From the NCBI RefSeq assembly GCF_963676685.1, contig NC_092356.1:34782001-34846000 (forward strand): DNA of 64,000 bases, read 5' to 3'. The notes beneath the pieces were generated by a model. That model was not told the origin of the DNA and did not search any database. It saw nothing but the letters and a program-made list of their open reading frames with translations. This DNA comes from Mytilus edulis. Lineage: Eukaryota. The position numbers were made by a program, and so were the translations under genes. This document shows positions 1 through 12,511 of the stretch, in pieces; within the stretch, counting starts at the first letter, position 1, and every line of letters begins with the position of its first letter.

Positions 1-106
1 CAAGAGCTAAAATAGGAGTCATAGATCCTATTGACAACAATTATCTGCCCAATTTTATTGATTTTTTAACATTTGTTTCAAATGTGACCAACTTCTTATC
101 CAAAAT

Positions 107-550
107 CACCAGCACCGTATCAGGACCCACCAGCACAATGACAGGACCCACCAGCACAGTATCAGGACATGAATAAATTGAGAAAATGCTAAATTTTAAT
201 AAATTGCAACGTTTTTTCACAAAATAGTTTTGTCGTGTGGATTGCGGTATAGAGAGCGGACTCTATGAGCATTTTTGTTTTATTTTTTCAGTTCTTGATT
301 TTCTGAAAATGAGCATTTTTGTGTTACGCTTACTGAAACAGTTTAGAGGGTCAACTTTTTAATGGTTTACATATGAACCCATAAGAAACAAAATAGAAAA
401 ATCTCAACTGTTTTCTTCAATTTTTTATGAGTGAAAACGTCAAAAATCATCATTTTCGTCTTTGTTTACAATTTTTAATTGATCACCAGCACCCGTCAGG
501 ACCGAATCACCAGAACAGAACGTTCTCTCGCAGGACAACCATACCCACCG
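107..550. repeat. Fragment of a dispersed repeat with ~21-bp tandem units (CACCAGCACnGTATCAGGAC)
   Basis: Three adjacent copies at 107-168 and degenerate copies at 484-550. Confidence 0.5.
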
Positions 551-845
551 TGATATGGATCGAGATGCATGTTATTCACAAAAGTTTAAAAAAAAAGTAG
601 TTAGCTTTCTCCGAAAATGATACCCATGTTTTGTTTACCTGATCGAGTACCAATATGTCCTACCGCAAATTAAGTTACCTGTAAAAAAAAACCACATGAA
701 CTCCGGGCAAATAGTCGGTAATATGAAAACGGTATAGTCTATTCTTCTATTGAAAAGTAACAAAAAGATGTAAAACCATAGATAGATGTTATGAATATAT
801 TTTCAATTGAACATGCACTTGTTCTGTACATCCCAATCAGGTGTT

Positions 846-998
846 TATAGGCAGATTTAGAGGTGAGGCAATGGATGCTCCCTTTTTTGTTAAAAAAAAA
901 TATGGTTGATTATAGAGGGAATCACTGAAACAAGACTGGAGTGGTCCCTCTTAGGCAGTCAGTGGACCCCCTTATGCATATTTCTGGATCCGCCACTG
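846..998. mobile_element. Short hAT-like MITE (CAGTGGCGGATCCAG-type termini)
   Basis: Right end is ...TCTGGATCCGCCACTG, left end is degenerate (tataggcagatttag). Flanks gtgtt/ttgtt may be a 5-bp TSD. An inverted copy of the same family lies at 52441-52583. Confidence 0.6.
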
Positions 999-1108
999 TT
1001 GTTAACCAATAGGTTCTGTAAAAAAATCAATTTATTATACTACTATCTAACCTTTGTTTGTCATATCGTATTAATTTGCTAAAAATAAACAATACATAAT
1101 TATTTTAG

Positions 1109-1302
1109 GGAGAATTGTTAATGTTTCATCTGTAAGAGGTCGATTTTCATGGCCCGGATATTCAACATACCACGTGTCTAAAGCTGGATTGGAAACAATG
1201 TCAGATTCTTTACGATTGGAAATGGTGAAATTTGGTATCAAGGTTTCAATTGTTGAACCCGGTTGGTTTCCATTAGCAACTGCATCGATGTCAATTGAAA
1301 CG
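1109..1302 (+). CDS. Short-chain dehydrogenase/reductase (SDR9C; BDH1/retinol/17-beta-HSD-like), internal exon with the catalytic motif
   Basis: Splice sites ttttag| and |gtatga. Translates GRIVNVSSVRGRFSWPGYSTYHVSKAGLETMSDSLRLEMVKFGIKVSIVEPG, containing NVSS, YxxxK and VSIVEPG. Upstream exons lie outside the window. Confidence 0.9.
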
Positions 1303-2258
1303 GTATGAGTTATTTATGCATCGTTCTTCAAATGAACTTCCAATTGCTTTCCATATTTTTGTTGGTGTCACCTGGCTATGGCATATTGATAATTTTTATA
1401 TCAGATATTGAAAATTTCACGAAAAGCCGTTCCAAAATGAGATAAACGATTTTTTCATTAGCTTTCATAGAACTACATGTATATGGACTATTCCATTGAT
1501 TTTAGTCATTGTTGAATGCCGTGTTTCTGTGTCATTTTTCTATTGTGGAGAGTTTTCTTATTGGTCATCATACCACATCTTCCTTATTTTATATAATTGC
1601 ATACAGTTATGTCAATTCAGTGATATTGATAATGTAACAAACATTTTATTATATTTGAACTCCCTAAACGGTGACTGGGGACTTGAAATATAGTCACTAG
1701 ATCTTCTTTCGAACCGGCAGTAAAACGCTTGCCAAAGTGGGGCATCCGTTTGACTGTGCGGGATGTATCAAGTTTGCAGTAACGTCCGGTTACACGCTCA
1801 GAACCATTGCAACAACACTTTAAGGGGTTCGTAGGTGGCCTGTTGCAAGACAAAATGTCTGTCCCTATCCAATATACCCTCATGTTCCAGTGACAGTTCA
1901 AATTTCTCCGACATCATCCCGGATGGCCTCTATCATTACAAGACATACCTATTGTATTTATTGTTTACTTAACTTGTTCTTGTCCTGAATTTGCATGAAA
2001 TGTTTGCCACTGAACGTTAAGCAACCAATAATCAATCAAACTACATTATATTTGAATTGAAAAATAACGAAGAAAAACTAGATTTTCTTTTTTTACAATT
2101 AAAATACACACCATGTAATAAATGTGGAGACAATGTTGTCGCCATGGTTAAAGTTAAAACTTTTCTTTGTTATTATATCAGCTCCGATAAGTTTTGCATT
2201 TTTTTCGACAAATTGCCCCATATATTTTAAAAGCGTATTTTTTGCATGTTTATTTCAG

Positions 2259-2504
2259 TGTGAACGAGTGAAGAAGGACTGCGAAGAACAATGGAAAGAA
2301 GCAAGCGAAGAAATTAAACGGTTGTACGGAAGAAAATACTTTTTTGCATGGTATGACGAAATGTTGGTGAATCGAAATGACACACGTGCAGCCTCATCAT
2401 CGGAACCTGTAATTGACGCCCTGGTAGACGCGCTTCGAAACGTCCATCCTAAATATAGATATCTGGTTGATGGTGGACAGGGATTCAACATCGATACTCG
2501 TGCC
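2259..2504 (+). CDS. SDR gene, penultimate exon
   Basis: tttcag| and |gtatgt, phase 0 at both ends, 82 codons. CERVKK...YGRKYF...EPVIDALVDALRNVHPKYRYLVDG matches the SDR9C C-terminal pattern. Confidence 0.88.
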
Positions 2505-3571
2505 GTATGTTTAAATCAGTAGTTAACACTTCAATGTTGACATACGTTATTCATTGGTTTGCACCTTTCCGAAGTCAAGAACCCGATGTTCAGTGGTTGT
2601 GGTTTGTTGATGTGGTTCATACATGTTTCTCGTACATTATATAGATAAACCTGTTGTTTTTCTCGTTTGAATGGTTTTACACTAGTCACTTTTTGGGATC
2701 CTTTATAGCTTGCTGTTCGGTGTGAGCCAAGGCTCAGTGTTGAAGACCGTACATTGACCTATAATGGTTTACTTTTACAAATTATGACTTGGATGTCGAG
2801 TTGTCTCATTAGTTCTCATATCACATCTCCTTATATCTATACTCATAGCTATGGCCATATTTTGAATTTAACTGATTACAAAACATTTAATTGAAGAAAT
2901 ACTAAAAGGTTGTTTACTGCAGGAATATATAATTGGTATTTCCATTGGCTATTCGTTAGGTCATTGATGACTTACAAATATTACGACGATGTACATTGCG
3001 TCATTGGCAACGGACATATGTGATTTCTTTATTAATATACAAAACAATCACACTTTTCTCCACATAATCTTCTTTTTGAACACGTTTATTATTATATTAA
3101 AATTGAATAACACGAGTTAAATAAATATCAAGCGTCATTCAATTCCTACTCGTTATGAAACCTATAAATAACGTTCAGATAAACGATAACAAAACGTTCA
3201 CAAAAAGAAGTTGCTATCGATTTGATGAGTTTCAAACTGATTTTTATAATTTTATACCTATGCTGTGCTGTTGCACAACTGTTCCATGTAAGAGGATGGT
3301 TTGCGCGCATCAAAAAAATGTTTAACTTCGCTACATTCTGTATGTGCATGTCCCAAGTAAGGAGACGATACTACAGTGGTTGTTATTTGTTGCTGTTTAC
3401 CATGTGTGTTTTTTGTTCAATCAGGTCGTTATTTTTTCTAGTTCAATTGTTTTGTTATTTCGGAACCTTCAAATAGCATGTTCATACCACATATTTTTAT
3501 GTTAGCAGAATAATTATTATGATCATGTTTTACGTTCGTTTTTTTTATTCAATGTTTGTTATTTATTTTAG

Positions 3572-3667
3572 AGATTAGCTGCATGTTACAACTTTTTACA
3601 AGACTTTGTTAGTGATCCATATCTGATGTGGGCTAGCGGATATAAATACAGACGACTGGGAGAATAG
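3572..3667 (+). CDS. SDR gene, terminal exon
   Basis: ttttag| then in-phase RLAACYNFLQDFVSDPYLMWASGYKYRRLGE*. AATAAA at 3711. Confidence 0.75.
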   Translation, partial: RLAACYNFLQDFVSDPYLMWASGYKYRRLGE

Positions 3668-3719
3668 AAGTAACATCTAGATATTCCATGGCTTGCAACG
3701 TAATAACGTTAATAAAAAT

Positions 3720-3965
3720 AAACTCATCATAGGTACCAGGATTGAAATTATATATTTTTGCCAGACGCGCTTTTCATCTACAAAGAATCACCAGTGACAC
3801 TCGAATCAATCAGTGTTAAAAAGCACAAATAAAATACGAAGTTAAAGAGCATTGAAGACCAAAAATTCATAATAGTTTTGCCAAACATAGCTCAGGTAAT
3901 CTATTCCAGAGGAAGAACAGACTTTAATTACTTAGTATTTAAAAAAAATTAAGTTTTGTAAACAG
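3720..3965 (-). mobile_element. Retrozyme/Penelope-associated repeat with a degenerate hammerhead
   Basis: Homologous to 11214-11365. Minus strand reads CUGGUGA...GAAAAGCGCGUC, so the core is mutated. Confidence 0.65.
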
Positions 3966-4714
3966 TTAAATATTTTTTTACACATACTTCCTTTAAGATT
4001 TCATTGACAGTATATAATTATCATAAACGTATTGACAACTTTAAATTTCATATTGTATAGTAAGTATGGTACATTTTGTAATGGTCGCTAAATTTGAATG
4101 AAAAAAAAACCAAACCCTCTTGTGAAATAACTTTGCATTTTATACAAAATTTTGGACAAAATAAAACCATTTCATTGGTACAAATAAAATTGTGTTTGTA
4201 AAATAGTACGAGAGAGAGGACAAATAAACAAACATAAGGACATTCTAATTCATAAGTCGAAAACAAACTGCATAATAATACCATTGAAAAATACGAAAAA
4301 CGAAACCTTCAAGTTGATGTTGATTGCACCTTAGTGACTGTACAAGTTATCTCATGAAATTGTTCAGCTGATTTTTAAAGTGTCAACTCCCATAGTTGTT
4401 CTATACCCCCTGAATGAAACAAACATTCGGCATGGTATATAATGGCAACCCAAATTTTAAATAATTTGTCAAAGTAGTTTTAATCCGGTGTACATGGTTA
4501 ACTAATGATTATACCTTTTAAACAGAACAAATATTAAGGCGATTAAAAATTGGAATATTTAAACTTTTAAAGTGGTGATAAACAAAAATGTTTGCGTATC
4601 AATATCTCTTACAGTAAAGTAATAGTTGACCATATAAACATAATAGAGCAATTTATTAATTTTAATTATATCTATTAATAAAACTTTCTTATTTGTTATT
4701 TTTAAGAATATTAA

Positions 4715-5005
4715 AATAAAATTGAGAATGGAAATGGGGAATGCGTCAAAGAGGCAACAACCCGACCAAAGCACAGACAACAAAAAACACATAATATATA
4801 AAAAAAAAGAAGATGTGGTATGATTGCCAATGAGACAACCGTCCACAGGAGACCAAAAATGACACAGAAATTAACAACTATAGGTAACCGTACTCCTTCA
4901 ACAATGAGCAAAGCCCATACCGCATAGTCAGCTATAAAAGACCCCGAAATGACAATGTAAAACAATTCAAACGAGAAAACTAACGGCCTAATTTATATAA
5001 AAAAA
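4715..5005. repeat. Abundant dispersed repeat family A (AAGAAGATGTGGTATGATTGCCAATGAGACAAC...), representative copy
   Basis: Further copies or fragments in both orientations near 1500-1590, 2570-2840, 13160-13270, 19280-19400, 20020-20300, 30610-30930, 31540-31810, 34100-34350, 51970-52030, 54600-54690 and 61450-61610. Confidence 0.8.
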
Positions 5006-5492
5006 TTAAAGACAATTATGTGTCTACGACACTAGAATATTTATCAAAATAATTCGCTTGCCATCTGATGTATGTCTAAAAATAGCCACAATCAACATTC
5101 AATCTATTTAAGCGTGGATCAGTTTGTGAAAATAAACTAATACAGTTAATTACTGAATTAAAATTATATAAATGTCTAAGAATCGCAAATTAATGCATTA
5201 AAAAGTTCTATTAGATTTTAAATAGAAATACGCAATATTTCGCTAAACAAATTAGCTTCATCAGGCGTGTGCGTCTCTCAAGGTGAAATCGGATGCATGA
5301 CAAAAAAAATATTTTTGTAGCTTAATCTATACAAGATTTGAGGAAAAGTGTAACATATTTATTGATGTTGCATAAAATATGTTTGTAGCTATAACTACAT
5401 AAAGTTGACAAAAGTTTAACACATTTATAGATGTTCGATTAATTGTATGAATTTCTATAAATCAATTTGTATGATTCCAAGATTATAATTTT

Positions 5493-7410
5493 CATTTGCT
5501 TTTAAATCTTTTTTCGTCTCTCTCATTAAGTCCACCAGGTTCAAGAGTTCGTAACTGGTGCATCCAAAATCTCTCTCTCTTTTGTCTTCTTTGTGTATCC
5601 CAATTTTGATTTTTCTCAATGATTTGAAATGTGACGTTTTCAAAATCATGTCCTGCTCTTAAAAGGTGTCTTGTAATTGGGCAGTTTCTTGCTTTTGTAT
5701 AAAATGACCGATGGTTATTTAGTCGGATGTTAAATGATGTTTCTGTTTCACCAGCATATTGTAATTTGCAAGTTCCACACGTTATTTAGAACATAAATGC
5801 AATTTTGCGTTTTGCAATTTGATGTTATAAATATGTTGTATTTTTCTTTGTGACTGTGCTGACAAATTGGGTTTCGATGTAGGCGAGTTGCAGCACTTGC
5901 AATTGCCCCTTCCGCATGGTTTATAACCTCCGATTGTTGATATCTCCTGTTTAGATACTTTGGATGTTACTAGAATATCTTTCAGGTTTTTGGGTATGCG
6001 GTAAGCCATAACGGGAGGTGATGGACAAATCTCTTTTAAGGAAGGATCATTTTCAATAAGATGCCAACGTTTGTGGACAATGGATGAAAGATTTGTCAGG
6101 TCAGGATGAAAGCTAACAACAAACGGGATTTTATTTGTCTGAGACGTCTTTTCTTTGTATTCAAGTAGGTTTGTTTGGTCTTTTTCTTTTGTTTTACAGA
6201 AAGCTTCTGAAATATTTTTGTTCTTATAACCGCTTGATTTAAGTTGCTGTCTGAGTTGCCCCAAACGATGGTTTAATTTTGATTCCCATGAACAAATCCG
6301 TTTTAACCTGATGGCTTGGCTGTCCGGAATGCTCCGGGAGCAGTGTTTCGGGTGACAACTCTTCGGAGAGAGAAATTGGTGTTTATCAGTTTTTTTGGTG
6401 TGAACGATTGTCATGACTCCGTTTTCTAAGGTTATGGATGTCGAGAAACGCAATTTTCTCATTTGAAACTTCAGATGTGAACTTTATCGATTGATTAAAG
6501 TTGTTACAGAAATCGAGAAATTCTTGCAGACGTTCTTCAGTTTCGTTCCATTTGATGTCGATGTCATCAATATAACGGAGCCAAGACAAGGGTTTGTATG
6601 GTACATTCGAAAGGATGCGTTCTTCGAGACTCCCCATGAACATGTTGGCAAAAGAAGGTGCCATTTTGGTTCCCATACTGGTACCGTCAACCTGCAAGTA
6701 GTGCTGGTCGAGGCATACAAAATTGTTGTTTTCGAGCACTAGTCACAGCAACTGAACCAGACAGTCTGTTGGGGGTTGTTTATCCTTACGATTTTTCCAA
6801 ACTTGTTCACAAGCGACTATTCCTTCATTTTTGGGAATATTTGTGTATAAATAAGACACATCCATCGATACGTAAATTGTGTTGTTTGGTAAGGGATTTA
6901 ATGAATCCATTTTCTTCAAATAATCTGTTGTATCTTGAATGTAAGATGGTATTGTTCTAACATGTGGTCTAAGATGGTAATCCACGAATTTAGATAATTT
7001 TTCGGTTGGATGGCCATTTGCAGATACTATCGGTCTTCCCGGAATCCCTTCTTTATGAAGTTTTGGGAGCAAGTAAAATCGACCGGCTGTGCAGGTTTCA
7101 TCAGGGCGTAGATAGTCGTACGTGTCGTCATCTATGTGTTTTTTGCTGTTCATATCTGAAAGGACTTCATTAATTTGTTTGCTTATTTCTTTTGTAGGAT
7201 CACTTTCTAAATGTTTGTAAAATTTTGTGTTTGAAAGCTGACGATTCCCTTCTTTAATGTAGTCGGTTTTGTTGATCACCACAACTGCACTACCTTTGTC
7301 TGCTTGTTAAATAACAATATCATCACGGCTTTTTAAATTATTCATGGCTTGGCATTCTTGTTCAGAGAGATTCCGTATACGTTTGCCACTGACTGATGAT
7401 TTTACTTCAG
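5493..7410 (-). mobile_element. Penelope-like retroelement (Neptune type), 5'-truncated RT plus C-terminal GIY-YIG endonuclease, pseudogenised
   Basis: ADKGSAVV, GRPIVS, SMDVSYLYTNIP, GTSMGTKMAP, WLRYIDD, linker CGRGNCKCC, and CIYVL...CKLQYAGET...RLNNHRS...RERFWMHQLRTLEPGGLNE. Broken by stops and frameshifts. Confidence 0.92.
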
Positions 7411-8132
7411 TTTCATATGTATATATATATATAATTATACTATTACATGCTTATTTCACTTTATGAACAAACCCATGCTCTAAATCAAATAAAATTTGTT
7501 GCACATGCGTATATTGACTACTGCAGAATAATGAATTTTATCAAATTGGCATGCATTTAATATATTTCATGAACTTAAAACACTTCCAAACTCTTAAATG
7601 ATGCACATGTTGCTATTAATTCATTTATCATGACTATATTGTGCTGATATTCGAAATTGACATATTTGACCTAGATACGACATCTGTTCATGCTGACTGT
7701 TCAAAACTCCTCCCTCTGAAAAATCACATTGCCAGTCGTTTACTTGTTTACAAACAAAAAAGTAGGTTCATGGACGAGCCTACAAAAACGCTCTACACTT
7801 ATACACATCGGACATAGAAATTACCTTAATTGTCACTATCGCTCGGGCAATAATAATTACGAATATAACATTATAATGCCTACCCATGTTAAAACTACGA
7901 TAAAGTATAGCTTGCATCAATTATTTCTTAATTTAAAAATGGTGATTTGAATTCATTATCGGTGATGCGATTTCAAAACCAAAATATTACATATGAACTA
8001 ACAAACGAGAGTTGGAGTAGTTTTTTGATGGTTAAAAAAACTTGACCTTATCTACCAAAGTGATAGTCAAACTGATAAGTTGATCATATAGTGGAGTGAC
8101 AGATCAAGAAAAAGGTGCTAGTTTTACGACTC

Positions 8133-11100
8133 TAATGGACAGGCATACCTGCAGGCTAAACACTTTTTTTTTTGCAAATCCAATACCTTAAGCTTACGTT
8201 TTTGCCCGGTTGTAGATACATGTATTTCATGCGGTGCAGTTTTTCATAAAATGGAAAGGAAAATTGACATTTGGATTTTTTTTTCAAATTTCAAGATTGG
8301 AAACAAATTGAATTTTGTTACTTTTTTTTGTTGTCTTTTGACATATGATTTTGCATTTTATACACTGTTTAATTGTTTATTCATTATGTAAAACTAAACT
8401 CCTTTATTTTCTTTCTAAATTTTGTCCATTTTCACTCAGTTTAGCGAAAGTACACTCTGTAGTATTTTAACAAAGTGGTTACAACATTTGTAAATTTAAA
8501 TTACATTGAAAATGTCATGATTTTCCGAATTAAAGTATTTTAATCTTCCTTTTGTAAAATTTCGAAGCCATTCCAAGTCAGTATTTCTCATAAATTAACT
8601 TTGATGAGGATTCTTAACTTTGCTTTATAGTTCAATAATTATGATATGGACCTCCTCGATATTCTGATGCTCATTTAAAGATTTTAGTAATGTTTTTAAT
8701 TTTCCTGTCCACAAACTGCAAAAATTCCTGGCAATAGCAGAATGCATACGAAGATATCGGACTAGTTTAGAAAATAGAAATAGACAGAATCCAACACATG
8801 TCCTTTATACCTAATAGTATTGCAGTATTTAGAAAAGGTGGTTTAATTATAAAGGAGGGAGCAGACAATGTTGACTTAAATGCTGAAACAATCATGGTAT
8901 ATATATTTAACTCCATGGCTAGAGTTGTATTTCAGTATAAAAACGAATCATCAAACGCCCACATGAGTTCCATAAAAGTTAAACGGGGAATAGAAAGATC
9001 TTTTACGTTGAATGATTCGAATACCAATCTTATGGCATGTTTACTTTTCGACAAGCCAACAGAACGATATGAACCTCCTCGTTGTTCTAATGTTTATAAG
9101 AAGATTGTGTCTTGCTTCATCGAAAACCGAGATATATCGGTACTGTTTTTGGTATTTCTTCGACTTCTTTCGAGACAAAACTTAGATTCGATTCCATTTT
9201 CTGCCGAAAGCACCGAACAAATGGTTCTAATTTTGACCGGTTCTTACAAAATGCTTAATCTGAAATTTCGTCTGTAGCCTATGCTCCTGTTATATATACC
9301 TAGCCTCGACATGGCAATAGTATTTACGACTATGAAACAATGTTTAGATTTGCCAAAACGTTCTTTTGCCAAAATGGCTAGCTCTTATGGCTCTTTTGTT
9401 TAATTTAAAAGCATTCTTCAATTTGTGTTCAGACGAAAATCGTTAATTGATATTGAACCAAATGTATGGCACAGTTCATTTGCTGAAACACCCAAAAGCT
9501 CTGAAGGCATTGCTCAGGTTTTTTTTTTCTAATTTTAAAGAACATATGTTAACATTGTGTGAAGATTTCAGAATACACTCTTGTAAACTATCACCAACCT
9601 TCGGATTTTTTGATATGTTTCTTCGTGCAGTTGAAATTTGGGTACAGAATATTATGATTGAACGGAATGGGTAGTGGCTTTTACATTTGAAAATGGTAGG
9701 TGCAATGTCGCGATGCTTTTTCATTACCAATCGGACGAATTATGCTTACACATTGGATATGTTGAATCTGTCTGAAATGGTGAAATCTGTCTTTATTTCA
9801 TATGAGTTTTCAATCAGACATAAACATGGAGCCTTATATGCAATCAAATATGACCGATCCACTTAACGTTGCCGATCATCCTTAGCAATTGATAAATACT
9901 AGTATTTCTACTGAAATGAAAGCCTCACTAAATGTTCATGATTCTCTTCCTAAATCTCTTGAACGTGGCAACCAGATGGTTAAATCTTTTGTGGAAGGCT
10001 GTTCTTATGAGTCTGAAACCCTTGTTATAAGTCTTCTCTCAATATTTTCGATGATACGACCAAGACTAAAAAAAGTGTAAATCAGGTGCCTCTGTTATGG
10101 CACATATAAACCCAGTAAAAATAGTTCGTTGTGCTGAAGTTCTTGTTTATGTTCGTGAGAATGAGATTGTAGCCAGCTATTGGCATATCCTATTAGATCT
10201 TTTTAACAACTCTCGACACCGACTGATTGATGACACCTACATTTTACAGGTAAAATGAAGGGATCGTCTCAAATACAAAAACGTCTGATTATTTTTACGT
10301 ATATGAATTCGATTTGGTGGTTATATAAAGCTACAGAAGATATATACATATGTCTATAAAAAAATCTGACATATAATATTGATATTTCACGTAGAATTGA
10401 TTAAAAAATTACTGCAATCATTCCACATCCTGCATGATCAGCTTTCTCCTCATTTTATGATTATGGCGCATGTCAATAACGATAAATGTGTATCTGTAAA
10501 ATTCTAAAAATATCTGAGAATTTCTGAAGCATAATTTCTGGACTGTCTGTCCGTCTGTTACTCACTTGTATACACGGTCGAATTTGTGTTTTACAAACGA
10601 GCTTATCCTTAACCGATGTACGTATTCAATTTTGAGAAGGGCGAAAAGATATTGATTTCAAAAGCCGAAGAAAAAAGTTGACGTCGCCATTTTTATCAAC
10701 GAAAGACTACGCGGCTTCAGATAACTAGTTAAAGTTGATGTATTTCCTACATGAATAAGGGGATATAATTGACTTCTCGTTCCAATGTATCAATATCAAA
10801 GCAGTACATGCGCATATCTACATAATGAATTAGTATTTCAACACGCTAGTTACCGAAAAGTAAATCCTCCTCTTTATTCCAAATTTGAAAAAAAAATCCA
10901 TGTCATTTGGACTTTAGTAGAAAGTTGTATCACTGCCAATCAAATAAATTTCTAGCAATAAATCCAATAGTGATCAATAGTATCATTTTCAATTTTTACT
11001 TTTGAGACGACCCCTACCATCTTACCTGTCGTAGTAGTGCTCAACTGTAGGTGTAGACAATTGTTGAAAAGGTCTATTGGCACCACACCTTCAGCTCTGT

Positions 11101-12511
11101 TCCATGATGATGGTACCATGTGGAAATGTTGTAAATGTGATATAATTCCTCTCCTTGAAGAGGAAATTAGCTCTTCTTTCAATCTTCCAAGTTATGATAA
11201 TATTTATCAAAGGTACCAGGATTATAACTTGATACGCCAGACGCGTGTTTCGTCTACATTAAACTCATCAGTGACGTTCAGATCAAAATAGTTAGAAAGC
11301 CAAACAAGTATAAAGTTGAAGAGCATTGAGGACAAAAATTCCATAAAAGTTGTGCCAAATCCGATAAGTTTTCAAACGGGAAATTAGGTATCGCCGTTAA
11401 CATTAGAAGTGCATGTATCGCCTCATTGTATGATCCGAAGGGAAAGTTCAGGTATCTTCATGATGAACTTAACAAGCTAAGGGTGGAGTTTGCCGCCACA
11501 AAGGATGCCAGACTTGTGAAATTTCCCATTGTGAAAACACGTTTTTACAGCACATCACACATGCAATGCTTCAAACACAAGTTTGGATAAACTCTCATCA
11601 TGCTCATATTGCTAAACTTGTGATCATACTTTCCGAAAACTCTGGTTGGTAAGAGTGTACAAACGGCTTGCTCTCGGTTTTTGTTGCGGGACCTTTGTCA
11701 GTAGATTTCCGTCAAAACCTTGTTTGTTCGTATACGGACAAGGGTAAACAGCTTGCAATAACAACTGTATATGCAACCAATAGAAATCCGCGTATACCAA
11801 TATTTGTTCATGTGAAGGGTCTGATGGTTGTAGAAATTATCTAACTCACCGAGCAATATTGGATGAAGACGACGATATAAACGATGACTGATGTCAGGTT
11901 TTCGAAATTTGTCATGCCCTGTGTTTGTTAAAATACCCCATACAACCACTCTTTCTTCACATAAAACCTAAAAAAATTCATAGAGCTAAAATATATGCTG
12001 AAACTTTAGTCCATCATTAAACTCATTTCATTAATTGCCTTGGGAAATATTTGTGATTGGCAATAAATATACATCAAAGCAAAAACCAAATTGACTTCGA
12101 TTCTTTTTATAAATGCCGTAAAATTCAGAAATATATCTTTAGAAGTACATGCGATGTATAAAAAAATGAATTGAGATTCGATTGTTCCATCTTCTATTTT
12201 GTTGCTAGCCTGAATTCCCTTTAAAATGTGCATTTGGTGGTTTCGTTATTTTCAAATTAAGTTGAAAATGAAGTGTCAAAGTTTATTTCATTATGAATTT
12301 CTTGTTTAGTAACAATTCAGATATTTTTGGAGACTTTTTATAACCTCTTGTGAAATAAATTGACAATAGTGAAAAACTCAATATCTAACCTTTGACCTTA
12401 CTTAAAAAAAGATTGCACCACATTTCAATTCTACGACCAGGCAAAAATTATAGAATAAACATTTTTTTCCCAAAAAGTCATAATTTTGCCTTTACGTAGG
12501 GTGGTCCATTA
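8133..12511 (+). mobile_element. Degenerate Academ (XPG-type) DNA transposon; coding relic at about 8700-11890
   Basis: Fragments GADNVDLNAETI..NSMARVVFQ; ERNG*WLLHL..FFITNRTNYA; PSALFHDDGTM; IASLYDPKGK..LNKLR; Cys-rich tail C..CICN..ICSCEG..GCRN with an acidic end. Ends TAATGGAC / GTCCATTA plus the subterminal inverted motif TTTTTGCCyGGTyGTAGA. No TSD seen, so boundaries are tentative. Confidence 0.7.
11234..11277 (-). ncRNA. Minimal type I hammerhead ribozyme (GUC cleavage triplet)
   Basis: Minus strand: ACGUCA-CUGAUGA-GUUU(AAUGU)AGAC-GAAA-C(ACGC)G-UC-UGGCGU. Stems I and II pair and the core is intact. Lies in a repeat fragment at 11214-11365 inserted in the Academ relic. Confidence 0.8.

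Noticed and set aside
1617-2040. Cys-rich minus-strand ORF in the SDR intron
   Set aside because: No recognisable domain; the region ends in a CAAT-repeat tail and looks like a retroposon fragment.
2124-2258. Hydrophobic N-terminal part of ORF 2124-2522
   Set aside because: It is intronic read-through upstream of the splice acceptor at 2258.
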